Shown here one piece after another: positions 18,851 through 26,332 of a stretch of DNA of 64,000 nucleotides. The stretch's first letter is position 1; every line of letters starts with the position of its first letter. Position numbers and translations under genes: made by a program. The stretch lies in assembly GCA_963664125.2 (NCBI GenBank), contig OY760908.2:1276314-1340313 (forward strand). The letters run 5' to 3'. The notes under the pieces are model-generated. The model saw nothing but the letters and a program-made list of their open reading frames with translations. It searched no databases and was not told where the DNA came from. Source of the DNA: Dehalococcoidia bacterium. Its GTDB lineage: Bacteria > Chloroflexota > Dehalococcoidia > Lucifugimonadales > UBA2962.

Positions 18851-19066
18851 TCATGCCGGCATCCGGCGTTCGTCCCTTGGTTCCGGAATTGGGTCGCCGA
18901 ACTCGCGGGCCGTTGCAACCCATAGCTCCACGGCCCGACCGATTTCGTCCAGTGCCGCCTCCTGCGTATCGCCGTGGGCAGCACATCCGGGAAGCTCCGG
19001 CAACTCGGCCAGGAAGGCGCCGTCCTCGGCGCTCCAGTAGGTGACTACCTCATACTCGTGCGTCAT
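18851..19066 (-). CDS. HicB-like (UPF0150) antitoxin-family protein, no obvious DNA-binding domain
   Basis: 71 aa from ATG 19066: MTHEYEVVTYWSAEDGAFLAELPELPGCAAHGDTQEAALDEIGRAVELWV... This is the LP(D/E)LPGC HicB signature. Confidence 0.75.
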   Translation of the reverse strand: MTHEYEVVTYWSAEDGAFLAELPELPGCAAHGDTQEAALDEIGRAVELWVATAREFGDPIPEPRDERRMPA

Positions 19067-19110
19067 TTGCCGCCGACAGATCCGGTCGCTTGGACCCTGT
19101 CTCTCCGATG

Positions 19111-19563
19111 CTAGGGCAGGGGGGAGAGTGCCTCCTCGACCGCCGTCAGCGCCAGCAGCGCGCATTTGACCCGGACCGGAAAGCGCCGAACCCCCTCCAT
19201 CAGGGCAAGCTCGCCGAGGGCGCCGACCCGCTCGTCGCAGAGTGCCTCCCCCGCCATCAGGGCCCGGTAGTCGGAGGCCAAGGCGCCCGCGCCGTCGAGT
19301 GACGCGCCGCTGATCGCCTGGGCGAGCATGGAGCCCGCGGCGCGGTTTATCGAGCAGCCCACGGTCTGCATGCCGACGCCCCGGATCGCGCCTCCGTCCG
19401 TCGCGACCTGGAAGTGGGCCTCGTCGCCGCAGAACGGGTTCACCGCGCTGCCGGCGCCGTCCGGGCGGTCGATGGGCGACTCCCAGCGGGGGGTACGGGC
19501 GTGATCCAGGATGGCCTCGCTGTAGAGCTCGTCCAGCCCGCCGGTGATCCTATCTGCCCCCAT
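19111..19563 (-). CDS. sufU: SufU/IscU-like Fe-S cluster assembly scaffold or sulfur acceptor (copy 2)
   Basis: 150 aa from ATG 19563. The three conserved Cys contexts are NPFCGDE, GCSINRAAGS and RVKCALLAL. It overlaps the sufS stop by 14 nt. Confidence 0.85.
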   Translation of the reverse strand: MGADRITGGLDELYSEAILDHARTPRWESPIDRPDGAGSAVNPFCGDEAHFQVATDGGAIRGVGMQTVGCSINRAAGSMLAQAISGASLDGAGALASDYRALMAGEALCDERVGALGELALMEGVRRFPVRVKCALLALTAVEEALSPLP

Positions 19564-20794
19564 CCCCGAAGTATCGGAGCGCGTCGCCCACGGCGCCCGC
19601 GAGCCGGTCGATCTCATCCTCTGTGTTGTAGATGTAGAAGCTGGCCCTCGCCGTCGCGACGAGGCCGAGCGAGCGCATCAGCGGCATGGTGCAGTGATGC
19701 CCGGTACGGATCGCTATCCCCGCCCGGTCCAGGAAGGTGCCCAGGTCGTGCGGGTGCACCGCCTCGGAATGGAAGGACAGGACGCCCCCCCGGATCTCCG
19801 GGTCGGCCGGCCCCAGCAAGTCGAGGTCCTCAAGCTCGCGGAAGCGCTCCAGCGCATAGCCGATCAGCTCCTTCTCGTGGTCTCGCACCCGGTCCATCCC
19901 CAGCTCGGTGAGGTAGTCGACGGCGGCGCCCAGCGCGATCGCGTCGGCGATGTTCGGGGTTCCCGCCTCGAACTTTATCGGCACCTCGTTCCAGGTGGCC
20001 CGGTCGTTCCAGACCTCCAGGACCATGTCCCCCCCGCGCATGAAGGGCTCCATCTCCTCGAGGAGCTCGGGCCTGGCGTACAGGGCCCCGATGCCGGTGG
20101 GACCGAGCATCTTGTGCCCCGAGAAGGCCAGGAAGTCGCAGTCAAGGTCCGCCACGTCCACCGGCATGTGGGGCACGCTCTGGGCGGCGTCGATCAGCAC
20201 CCTCGCCCCGACGGCGTGGGCTTTCTCGGCGAGCTCCTTTACCGGGTTGATCGTCCCGAGGGAGTTGGATGCGTGGCAGATCGCAAGGAGCCTCACGCGC
20301 TCATCGAGGTAGTCCTCGAGCCGGGACAGGTCGAGCGTTCCCTCGGGCGTCAGCGGGATGATGCGCAGCTCGGCGTCCTGCTCGCGGGCGACGCGCTGCC
20401 AGGTGACGATGTTCGAGTGGTGCTCCATCTGGGAGACGACGATCGCGTCGCCCGCCGAGATGTTCTCCCGGGCCCAGGTGTAGGAGACCAGGTTGATCGC
20501 CTCGGTCGTCCCCTTGGTCCAGACGAGTGCCTGCGGCCCCGGGGCGCCGATGAAGGCGGCGACCTTGGCGCGCGCCGCGTCGTAGCGGTCGGTCGCCTCC
20601 ATGCTCAGGGCGTGCACGCCGCGGTGTACGTTGGAGTTGCACTCCTCGTAGTAGCTGACCAGGGACTGGATCACGCTGCGCGGCTTCTGGGAGGTGGCCG
20701 CGTTGTCGAGGTAGGCCAGCGGCAGGCCGTAGACCTCCCGGCCAAGGATCGGAAAGTCCGCCCGTATGCGGGCGGTGTCAAGGTCGTGCGCCAT
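19550..20794 (-). CDS. sufS: cysteine desulfurase, SufS type
   Basis: 414 aa from ATG 20794 (MAHDLDTARIRADFPIL...). It has the PLP-lysine motif SGHKMLGPTGIG and the catalytic Cys in RTGHHCTMPL. Confidence 0.95.
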   Translation of the reverse strand: MAHDLDTARIRADFPILGREVYGLPLAYLDNAATSQKPRSVIQSLVSYYEECNSNVHRGVHALSMEATDRYDAARAKVAAFIGAPGPQALVWTKGTTEAINLVSYTWARENISAGDAIVVSQMEHHSNIVTWQRVAREQDAELRIIPLTPEGTLDLSRLEDYLDERVRLLAICHASNSLGTINPVKELAEKAHAVGARVLIDAAQSVPHMPVDVADLDCDFLAFSGHKMLGPTGIGALYARPELLEEMEPFMRGGDMVLEVWNDRATWNEVPIKFEAGTPNIADAIALGAAVDYLTELGMDRVRDHEKELIGYALERFRELEDLDLLGPADPEIRGGVLSFHSEAVHPHDLGTFLDRAGIAIRTGHHCTMPLMRSLGLVATARASFYIYNTEDEIDRLAGAVGDALRYFGDGGR

Positions 20795-20802
20795 GCCGTG
20801 CC

Positions 20803-21108
20803 CTACAGGTCCACCTCGAACTCGTCGCCGGTGACGCGCAGGGGGTACGTGTCCAGTGGCACGACGGCCGGGCCCTCGACCACCGCCCCGCTGCGCACGT
20901 CGAAGCGGGCGCCGTGCGCGTCGCACTCGATCTCGTGGCCCTCCATCGCGCCCTCGTGGAGGTACGCCTCCATGTGGGAGCAGATGTCGTCCATCGCAAA
21001 CAGCTCTCCGTCCACCTTGAAGACGCCGACCCAGCGGTCGCCGAGATCGTACATCCTCCCGGCGCCCTCCGGGATGTCGCTGACCTTGCCGAGATTCTTG
21101 AAAGCCAT
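20803..21108 (-). CDS. Rieske [2Fe-2S] ferredoxin-like protein
   Basis: 101 aa from ATG 21108 (MAFKNLGKVSDIPEG...). It has CSH ... CDAHG Rieske ligands. Rieske genes are known inside actinobacterial suf operons. Confidence 0.85.
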   Translation of the reverse strand: MAFKNLGKVSDIPEGAGRMYDLGDRWVGVFKVDGELFAMDDICSHMEAYLHEGAMEGHEIECDAHGARFDVRSGAVVEGPAVVPLDTYPLRVTGDEFEVDL

Positions 21109-21155
21109 GTCGTCCGCCCTCCGTTCCTCCGTGTCCCTGCGGCCGCCGCGCCCGG

Positions 21156-21626
21156 CTACTCCGTCGTGACGGTGCCCTGGTCCCCGCGCCGCTCGAGCGC
21201 GGCCATCAGGGTGTGCCACCCGAGCATCGCGCACTTGATCCGGGTGGGGTAGGCGCCGACGCCGGCGAGGCAGTACAGGTCGCCGAGCAGCTCCTCGGCG
21301 TCTTCTTCCGATCCGTTCCCCGCCCCGGTGATCATGCCTTGGAACGCGCTGAACACGTCCCTCGCCCTCTCCTCCGTCTTGCCCCTGAGCGTCTCGGTCA
21401 TCAGCGAGGCCGACGCGCGGGATATGGCGCAGCCCCGGCCGGTGAAGCCGAGGTCGGCGATTGTCTCGCCGTCGAGCCTCACCTCGACGTCGACCAGGTC
21501 GCCGCAGAACGGGTTGAAGCCGTGCGCGGTTCGCTGGGCCCCCTCGACCCGCCGCATGTTGCGCGGGCTCGCCCCGTGGTCCATGACCACCTGCTGGTAG
21601 AGGTCGTCGAGTCCGTAGTCGGTCAA
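21156..21626 (-). CDS. sufU: SufU/IscU-like Fe-S cluster assembly protein (copy 1)
   Basis: 156 aa with NPFCGDL, GCAISRASAS and RIKCAMLGW motifs. Confidence 0.85.
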   Translation of the reverse strand: MTDYGLDDLYQQVVMDHGASPRNMRRVEGAQRTAHGFNPFCGDLVDVEVRLDGETIADLGFTGRGCAISRASASLMTETLRGKTEERARDVFSAFQGMITGAGNGSEEDAEELLGDLYCLAGVGAYPTRIKCAMLGWHTLMAALERRGDQGTVTTE

Positions 21627-21660
21627 CTCGCCATCCCGCGGGGGCGGCCCCGCCCGCAGG

Positions 21661-23049
21661 TCACGCCACGCGCAGGGCGGGGCCGCCGAACGCCCTCGCC
21701 TTGCCGAAGCCCTCGAACCGGTACCTGGGCATCGATGTCTCGAAGTAGCGCTCGAGGTGGTCCCTCAGGCCCTCGAGCTCGATTCCGTCGATGATCTCGT
21801 TCGCGAAGCCCTTGATCAGGAACGCCGTCGCGGCCTCAAGGTCGAGGCCCCGGGAGAGCATGTAGAAGACCTGCTCCTCCGGTATTGCCCCGGCCGTGGC
21901 CCCGTGGGTGGCCTGCACGTCGTCTGCGAATATGACCAGACTGGGCTTGGTGTTGACCCTCGCGCCCTGGGAGAGCAGCAGGTTCTTGTCGGCCTGGGTG
22001 GCTTCCGACTTCTGCGCGCCCTTTTCGATCGTGGTCGTGCCGCTGAAGACGGCGCGGGAGCGGTCGGTGAGTATGCCCTTGAAGTACTGGGCGCTCGAGG
22101 TGTGCCCGCTCACGTGGTCGACGTTCATGTGGTTGTCTATGTGCTGGCGTCCGTCGGTGAAGTACAGGCCGCGCAGGTCGCACTCGGCGCCCTCGCCGAC
22201 CAGCCGGACCAGCACGTCATTCCTGCCGACCCGGCAGCCCCGCGAGAACGACGTGGACGCGAACGCAGAGTCGCGGCCCTGCGATACGCGCATCGACCCG
22301 ATGTGGAACGCTGCCGGGCTCTCGTGCAGGTAGAGGTGGTGCGAGACCCGCGCGCCCTGCCCGAGCACCACCTCGGTCACCGCGTTGGTGAAGTAGCTCC
22401 CGTCGCCCATCCCGACGTAGCTCTCCAGCACCGCCAGCTCGCTGTTCTCCCCGGCCACTATGAGCGCCCTGGGGTGGATGACCTGCGGCTCGGGCTGATC
22501 GGACGAGACGAAGACGAGGTGGACCGTGCCGCTGGCGCCCGGCGGCGCGGCGACCAGGGCCCCGTCGTCCAGGAACGCCGCGTTGAGCGCGAGGAAGCCT
22601 CCCTGCCCGGGAGCGGCGTGGCGGCCCAGCTCGGCGGCCACCCTGGGGTCCGCCGCGGCCTCCGTGGAGGCCAGGGCGGCGGCGGCCAACCCGTCCGGGC
22701 CGGACGGCGAGGAGAGCCCGGGCGCCAGACGTCCGTCCACGAAGACCAGGGTCGTCCAGCGCTCGTCCCAGGGCGCGAGGGAGCGGACCGCATCCGGCGT
22801 CGGGGGGGCGGTCCGGCCGTCCGGCGAATGGCGGAAGGTCGCGTTCGCTATGGGGGCGACGCTCGTGAAGCGCCACTGCTCGTTGCCGCGCGTGGCGGTG
22901 GGCAGGCCGAGCCGGCCGAACGCCTCGATGCCCGCCTCCCGCAGCCGCGCTACGTGCGGCCTGTCGGCGGCGGGGCGGGCGCCCTGGAGCTCGCGGTGCT
23001 GGGCGACATAGGCGGACAGGTCCCGCGCCGCACCGGTCGCGGCGGCCAT
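21661..23049 (-). CDS. sufD: Fe-S cluster assembly protein SufD
   Basis: 462 aa from the ATG at 23049, which overlaps the sufC stop (ATGA). The SufB/D-family C-terminal beta-helix region is present (...FKGILTDRSRAVFSGTTTIEKGAQKSEATQADKNLLLS...). Confidence 0.9.
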   Translation of the reverse strand: MAAATGAARDLSAYVAQHRELQGARPAADRPHVARLREAGIEAFGRLGLPTATRGNEQWRFTSVAPIANATFRHSPDGRTAPPTPDAVRSLAPWDERWTTLVFVDGRLAPGLSSPSGPDGLAAAALASTEAAADPRVAAELGRHAAPGQGGFLALNAAFLDDGALVAAPPGASGTVHLVFVSSDQPEPQVIHPRALIVAGENSELAVLESYVGMGDGSYFTNAVTEVVLGQGARVSHHLYLHESPAAFHIGSMRVSQGRDSAFASTSFSRGCRVGRNDVLVRLVGEGAECDLRGLYFTDGRQHIDNHMNVDHVSGHTSSAQYFKGILTDRSRAVFSGTTTIEKGAQKSEATQADKNLLLSQGARVNTKPSLVIFADDVQATHGATAGAIPEEQVFYMLSRGLDLEAATAFLIKGFANEIIDGIELEGLRDHLERYFETSMPRYRFEGFGKARAFGGPALRVA

Positions 23050-23834
23050 CAGCCGGCGCCTCCCGCCGCGGCCCCGGCCGCCTCCTTCCTCACCCAGTCG
23101 TAGCCCTTGGCCTCTAGCTCGCGCGCCAGCTCCGGGCCGCCGGAGACGACGATGCGCCCGTCCACCAGGACGTGGACGTGGTCGGGCTCTATGTAGTTGA
23201 GGAGTCTCTGGTAGTGGGTGACGAGCACGACGGCGTTGGACTCGCCGCGGTGGCTGTTCACCCCCTGGGCGACGGTCTTGAGGGCGTCGATGTCGAGCCC
23301 GGAGTCGGTCTCGTCCAGGACGGCGAGCCGCGGATCGATCATCAGCATCTGCACCATCTCCGAGCGCTTCTTCTCGCCCCCCGAGAAGCCCTCGTTGACC
23401 GAGCGCCGCATCAGCTCCTGGCTCATGCCCATGGCGTCGACGCAGCGCCGAAAGAGCCTGTCGAACTCGCGGGACGAGAGCTCGGACTCGCCGGCGTGCC
23501 TGCGCCTGGCGTCGACCGAGGCCTTGAGGAACTGCCACGTGCGCACGCCCGGCAGTTCGGTGGGGTACTGGAAGGCCAGGAACACGCCGCGCAGCGCGCG
23601 CTCGTCCGGCATCAGGGCCAGCAGGTCCTCGCCGTCGAGCTTGACGGCCCCGGCCGTGACCTCGTAGTCGGGCCTCCCGGCGATCACGTTGGCGAGGGTG
23701 CTCTTGCCGCTGCCGTTGGGCCCCATGATCGCGTGGACCTCCCCGGTCCGCACGGTGAGGTCCACGCCCCGCAGAATCTCTATGTCGCCGTCGCCGCCCG
23801 CTACCGAGGCGTGAAGGTCCCTTATCTCAAGCAT
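23049..23834 (-). CDS. sufC: Fe-S cluster assembly ATPase SufC
   Basis: 261 aa with Walker A GPNGSGKST, the signature FSGGEKKR and Walker B LAVLDETDSGLD. Confidence 0.96.
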   Translation of the reverse strand: MLEIRDLHASVAGGDGDIEILRGVDLTVRTGEVHAIMGPNGSGKSTLANVIAGRPDYEVTAGAVKLDGEDLLALMPDERALRGVFLAFQYPTELPGVRTWQFLKASVDARRRHAGESELSSREFDRLFRRCVDAMGMSQELMRRSVNEGFSGGEKKRSEMVQMLMIDPRLAVLDETDSGLDIDALKTVAQGVNSHRGESNAVVLVTHYQRLLNYIEPDHVHVLVDGRIVVSGGPELARELEAKGYDWVRKEAAGAAAGGAG

Positions 23835-23950
23835 GTGCGTCTAGTTCCTCGGGCCTCGGAGCCGCCGCACGGGGCGGCCCGTCATGTGTATTGGGGCGTC
23901 GGGCCGACCGCGGCGTACGGCCGCGCGCCCGCCGGCCGGTGCTGGGGCCA

Positions 23951-25438
23951 TCAGCCGACGGCGCCCTCCAGGCTGACCTTCAGCAGCTGCGAGGCCTCCA
24001 TCGCGAACTCGAAGGGCAGCTCCTTGAAGATGCCCCGGCAAAAGCCGTTGATGATCATGTAGTGGGCCTCCTCCTCGGAGAGGCCCCGCTGCATCGCGTA
24101 GAAGAGCTTGTCGTCGCTCACCTTCGACGTCGATGCCTCGTGCTCCATCCTTGCGGTCGGGTTCCTGACCTCGATGTACGGCACCGTGTGGGCGCCGCAC
24201 CTGTCCCCGACCAGCAGGGAGTCGCACTGGGTGAAGTTGGTCGCGTTGTCCGCGGTGGGCAGGATCTGCACCATGCCGCGGTAGGTGTTCTGGCCGTGTC
24301 CGGCCGAGATGCCCTTGGCGACGATGGTGCTCTTGGTGTTGCGGCCGGCGTGGATCATCTTGGTCCCGGTGTCGGCCTGCTGGCGGTTGGCCACCAGCGC
24401 AACGGAGTAGAACTCGCCCGTCGAGTCGTCGCCCTGGAGTATCACGGAGGGGTACTTCCAGGTGATCGCGGACCCGGTCTCGACCTGCGTCCAGGAGATC
24501 TTCGAGCGCGCTCCCAGCGCCTTGCCCCTCTTGGTGACGAAGTTGTATACGCCGCCGTTGCCGTCCTTGTCGCCGGGGTACCAGTTCTGCAGGGTCGAGT
24601 ACTTGATCTCCGCGTCGTCGAGCGCCACCAGCTCGACCACCGCGGCGTGGAGCTGGTGCGTCTTGCGGATCGGGGCGGTGCAGCCCTCCAGGTAGCTGAC
24701 GTAGCTGCCGGGCTCGGCGACGATGAGCGTGCGCTCGAACTGCCCGGACTCCTCGGTGTTTATGCGGAAGTAGGTCATCAGCTCGATCGGGCAGCGCACC
24801 CCCTCGGGCACGTACACGAAAGAGCCGTCGCTGAACACCGCCGAGTTGAGCGCGGCGTAGAAGTTGTCGGTGTAGGGGACCACCGAGCCCAGGTACCTCT
24901 CGACCAGCTCCGGGTGCTCTGCCACCGCCTCGCTGACCGAGCAGAAGATGACGCCGGCCTCGCGGAGCCGGTCCTTGTAGGTCGTCGCGACCGAGACCGA
25001 GTCGAACACGGCGTCGACCGCCACGTCCGAGCCCTCCTCCTCGACGACCCCGGCGAGGCGCTTGCGCTCGTTGAGCGGGATGCCCAGCTTGTCGAACGCC
25101 TCCAGCAGCTCCGGGTCCACCTCCTCGAGGCTCTTTGGCCGGTCCTGGGAGCCCGGGGCCGAGTAGTAGTGGATGTCCTGGAAGTCGATCTTCGGGTAGT
25201 CGATCATCGCCCAGGTCGGCTCGCGGTCCTGCTCCAGGAGCTTGGTGAAGTGGCGGTAGGCCTTCAGCCGCCATTCGAGCAGGAACTCCGGCTCGCCCTT
25301 CTTGGCGGAGATGAAGCGCACCGTCTCCTCGGACAGGCCCTTGGGCAGGGTCTCGGCCTCGATGTCGGTGACGAAGCCCCAGCGGTAGTCGGACTCGATC
25401 TCGGACGTGCGGGATATCACCCGCGGTTCGGTCGCCAT
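23951..25438 (-). CDS. sufB: Fe-S cluster assembly protein SufB
   Basis: 495 aa: ...YRWGF...[23 protein letters not shown]... plus the conserved C-terminus. No intein-sized insertion is present. Confidence 0.96.
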   Translation of the reverse strand: MATEPRVISRTSEIESDYRWGFVTDIEAETLPKGLSEETVRFISAKKGEPEFLLEWRLKAYRHFTKLLEQDREPTWAMIDYPKIDFQDIHYYSAPGSQDRPKSLEEVDPELLEAFDKLGIPLNERKRLAGVVEEEGSDVAVDAVFDSVSVATTYKDRLREAGVIFCSVSEAVAEHPELVERYLGSVVPYTDNFYAALNSAVFSDGSFVYVPEGVRCPIELMTYFRINTEESGQFERTLIVAEPGSYVSYLEGCTAPIRKTHQLHAAVVELVALDDAEIKYSTLQNWYPGDKDGNGGVYNFVTKRGKALGARSKISWTQVETGSAITWKYPSVILQGDDSTGEFYSVALVANRQQADTGTKMIHAGRNTKSTIVAKGISAGHGQNTYRGMVQILPTADNATNFTQCDSLLVGDRCGAHTVPYIEVRNPTARMEHEASTSKVSDDKLFYAMQRGLSEEEAHYMIINGFCRGIFKELPFEFAMEASQLLKVSLEGAVG

Positions 25439-25923
25439 GCGGTCTCCGTATGTGCGGCGGGGCGCCGGGCCCCCCGCAAGCGATGGCGGCGCCCGTCGGT
25501 GGGCGCCGGCAGGGTCGGTTCGAAGCGGCTGCTATCGACCTTACCGGTCAGCAAGCTTCATCCCATGATACAGGACAGGCGCGATCGGGCATGGCCAAAG
25601 GCGGCCGCAGGGCCGTTTTCCCGGATCGCGACGCGGTCCGTGGGCCGATTGCCCACGCCTTGGCGTTCCGCCATAACCTTGGGAGTCGGGCCAGCCCGGG
25701 CGCAGCTACACAGCGGCGTGATCAGGGCAGGCGCTCCTTCGGCCTGCCGGGCGATCGCCCGGCGCCCCCGTTTAAGGGCCAGGTACGGCCCCCGAGCCGC
25801 ATAGTGCGCCGATGTGACGGTCGCTACGCCTCTATCGTCTCGACGAAGGCCGTCCGTTATGCCCCCGGCGGGGCCTGACAAGGCCATTTCGCCTACGTGC
25901 AGATGCGGACCCGGCTCAAGGAC

Positions 25924-26057
25924 AGGTTGGCGTAAGCGGTGTGTCTCAGATACGGTACGGTGTAACGCCCCTTGAATGCTCCGGCGTCGGGACGCGAGGC
26001 AGCCTTAGCCTTTGCTGGGGTATGGTCGTTCATCCGGCGCACCAGTCTATACACGGC
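25924..26057 (+). repeat. copy A of a duplicated promoter/leader/5'-CDS module (degenerate)
   Basis: It aligns by eye to 26142..26287: AGGTTGGCGTAAGCGGTG vs AGGTTGACGTAAGCGGTG, then CCTTGAATGCTCCGGCGTCGGGA vs CCCTGAATGCTTCGGCGTCAGGG, then GGCAGCCTTAGC...GGGTATGG. The coding remnant (ATC)RRTSLYTAR is closed by TAG at 26062. Confidence 0.7.
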
Positions 26058-26144
26058 TCGCTAGGCACTGAACTCACGCGCAGTTGCGTGCATTTGGCTC
26101 CAAGGTCACGCACCCCGAAGATGGCGTACGGATCGAGCATTAGG

Positions 26145-26174
26145 TTGACGTAAGCGGTGCGTTCCATGTAAGTT
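26145..26174 (+). promoter_or_regulatory. candidate promoter TTGACG-N18-TAAGTT (TANNNT -10)
   Basis: Read from the sequence. Copy A keeps the same geometry, TTGGCG (25927) -N18- TACGGT (25951). Confidence 0.35.
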
Positions 26175-26213
26175 AGCGCGCAATCCCCCCTGAATGCTTC
26201 GGCGTCAGGGCGC

Positions 26214-26246
26214 AAGGCTGCCGAAAGGCAGCCTTAGCTTTTTCTT
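26214..26246 (+). terminator. terminator/attenuator-like hairpin: AAGGCTGCC-GAAA-GGCAGCCTT followed by AGCTTTTTCTT
   Basis: A perfect 9-bp stem with a GNRA loop and a T-rich tail. It ends 4 nt before ATG 26251 and 14 nt before ATC 26261. The T-tract exists only in the plus-strand orientation. Confidence 0.45.
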
Positions 26247-26332
26247 GGGTATGGCGGCCTATCCGCACGAGCGGATACATCGACGGCCTCAACCTCTACC
26301 ACTGTGCCCTTCGGGGTACACCGTATCGTTGG

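Larger units (their letters stand above)
26142..26287 (+). repeat. copy B of the duplicated module, directly upstream of and overlapping the NYN gene's 5' end
   Basis: See copy A. Copy B has an extra ~11 nt that creates a 9-bp GAAA-tetraloop hairpin. Confidence 0.7.

Noticed and set aside
18456-18854. Calling the ORF coupled to hicB a HicA toxin gene.
   Set aside because: Only a faint VPSHQGD...K.AV similarity exists. The distance to any GSH-like motif is about twice the normal length, and the composition is shadow-like. It is kept as a low-interest question rather than a feature.
23835-23950. 116-bp GC-rich spacer between sufB and sufC, considered as a regulatory element or small ORF.
   Set aside because: Only short, imperfect GC hairpins are present. 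There is no ORF and no recognisable motif, so the evidence is insufficient.
23951-25438. Possible intein in SufB, as occurs in some mycobacteria.
   Set aside because: At 495 aa the protein has normal SufB length, and there is no extra block between conserved segments.
26030-26215. Minus-strand 61-aa ORF whose internal MERTAYVNLMLDPYAIFGVRDLGAKC looked like a diverged, inverted NYN N-terminus.
   Set aside because: The shared nucleotide 11-mer with the forward gene is read in a different frame, so the amino-acid resemblance is at least partly coincidental. The conserved TAYVNL-coding 18-mer is equally well explained as the -35 region of the duplicated promoter. The ORF is not called as a gene. 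Possible DNA-level inverted homology is noted in the findings.
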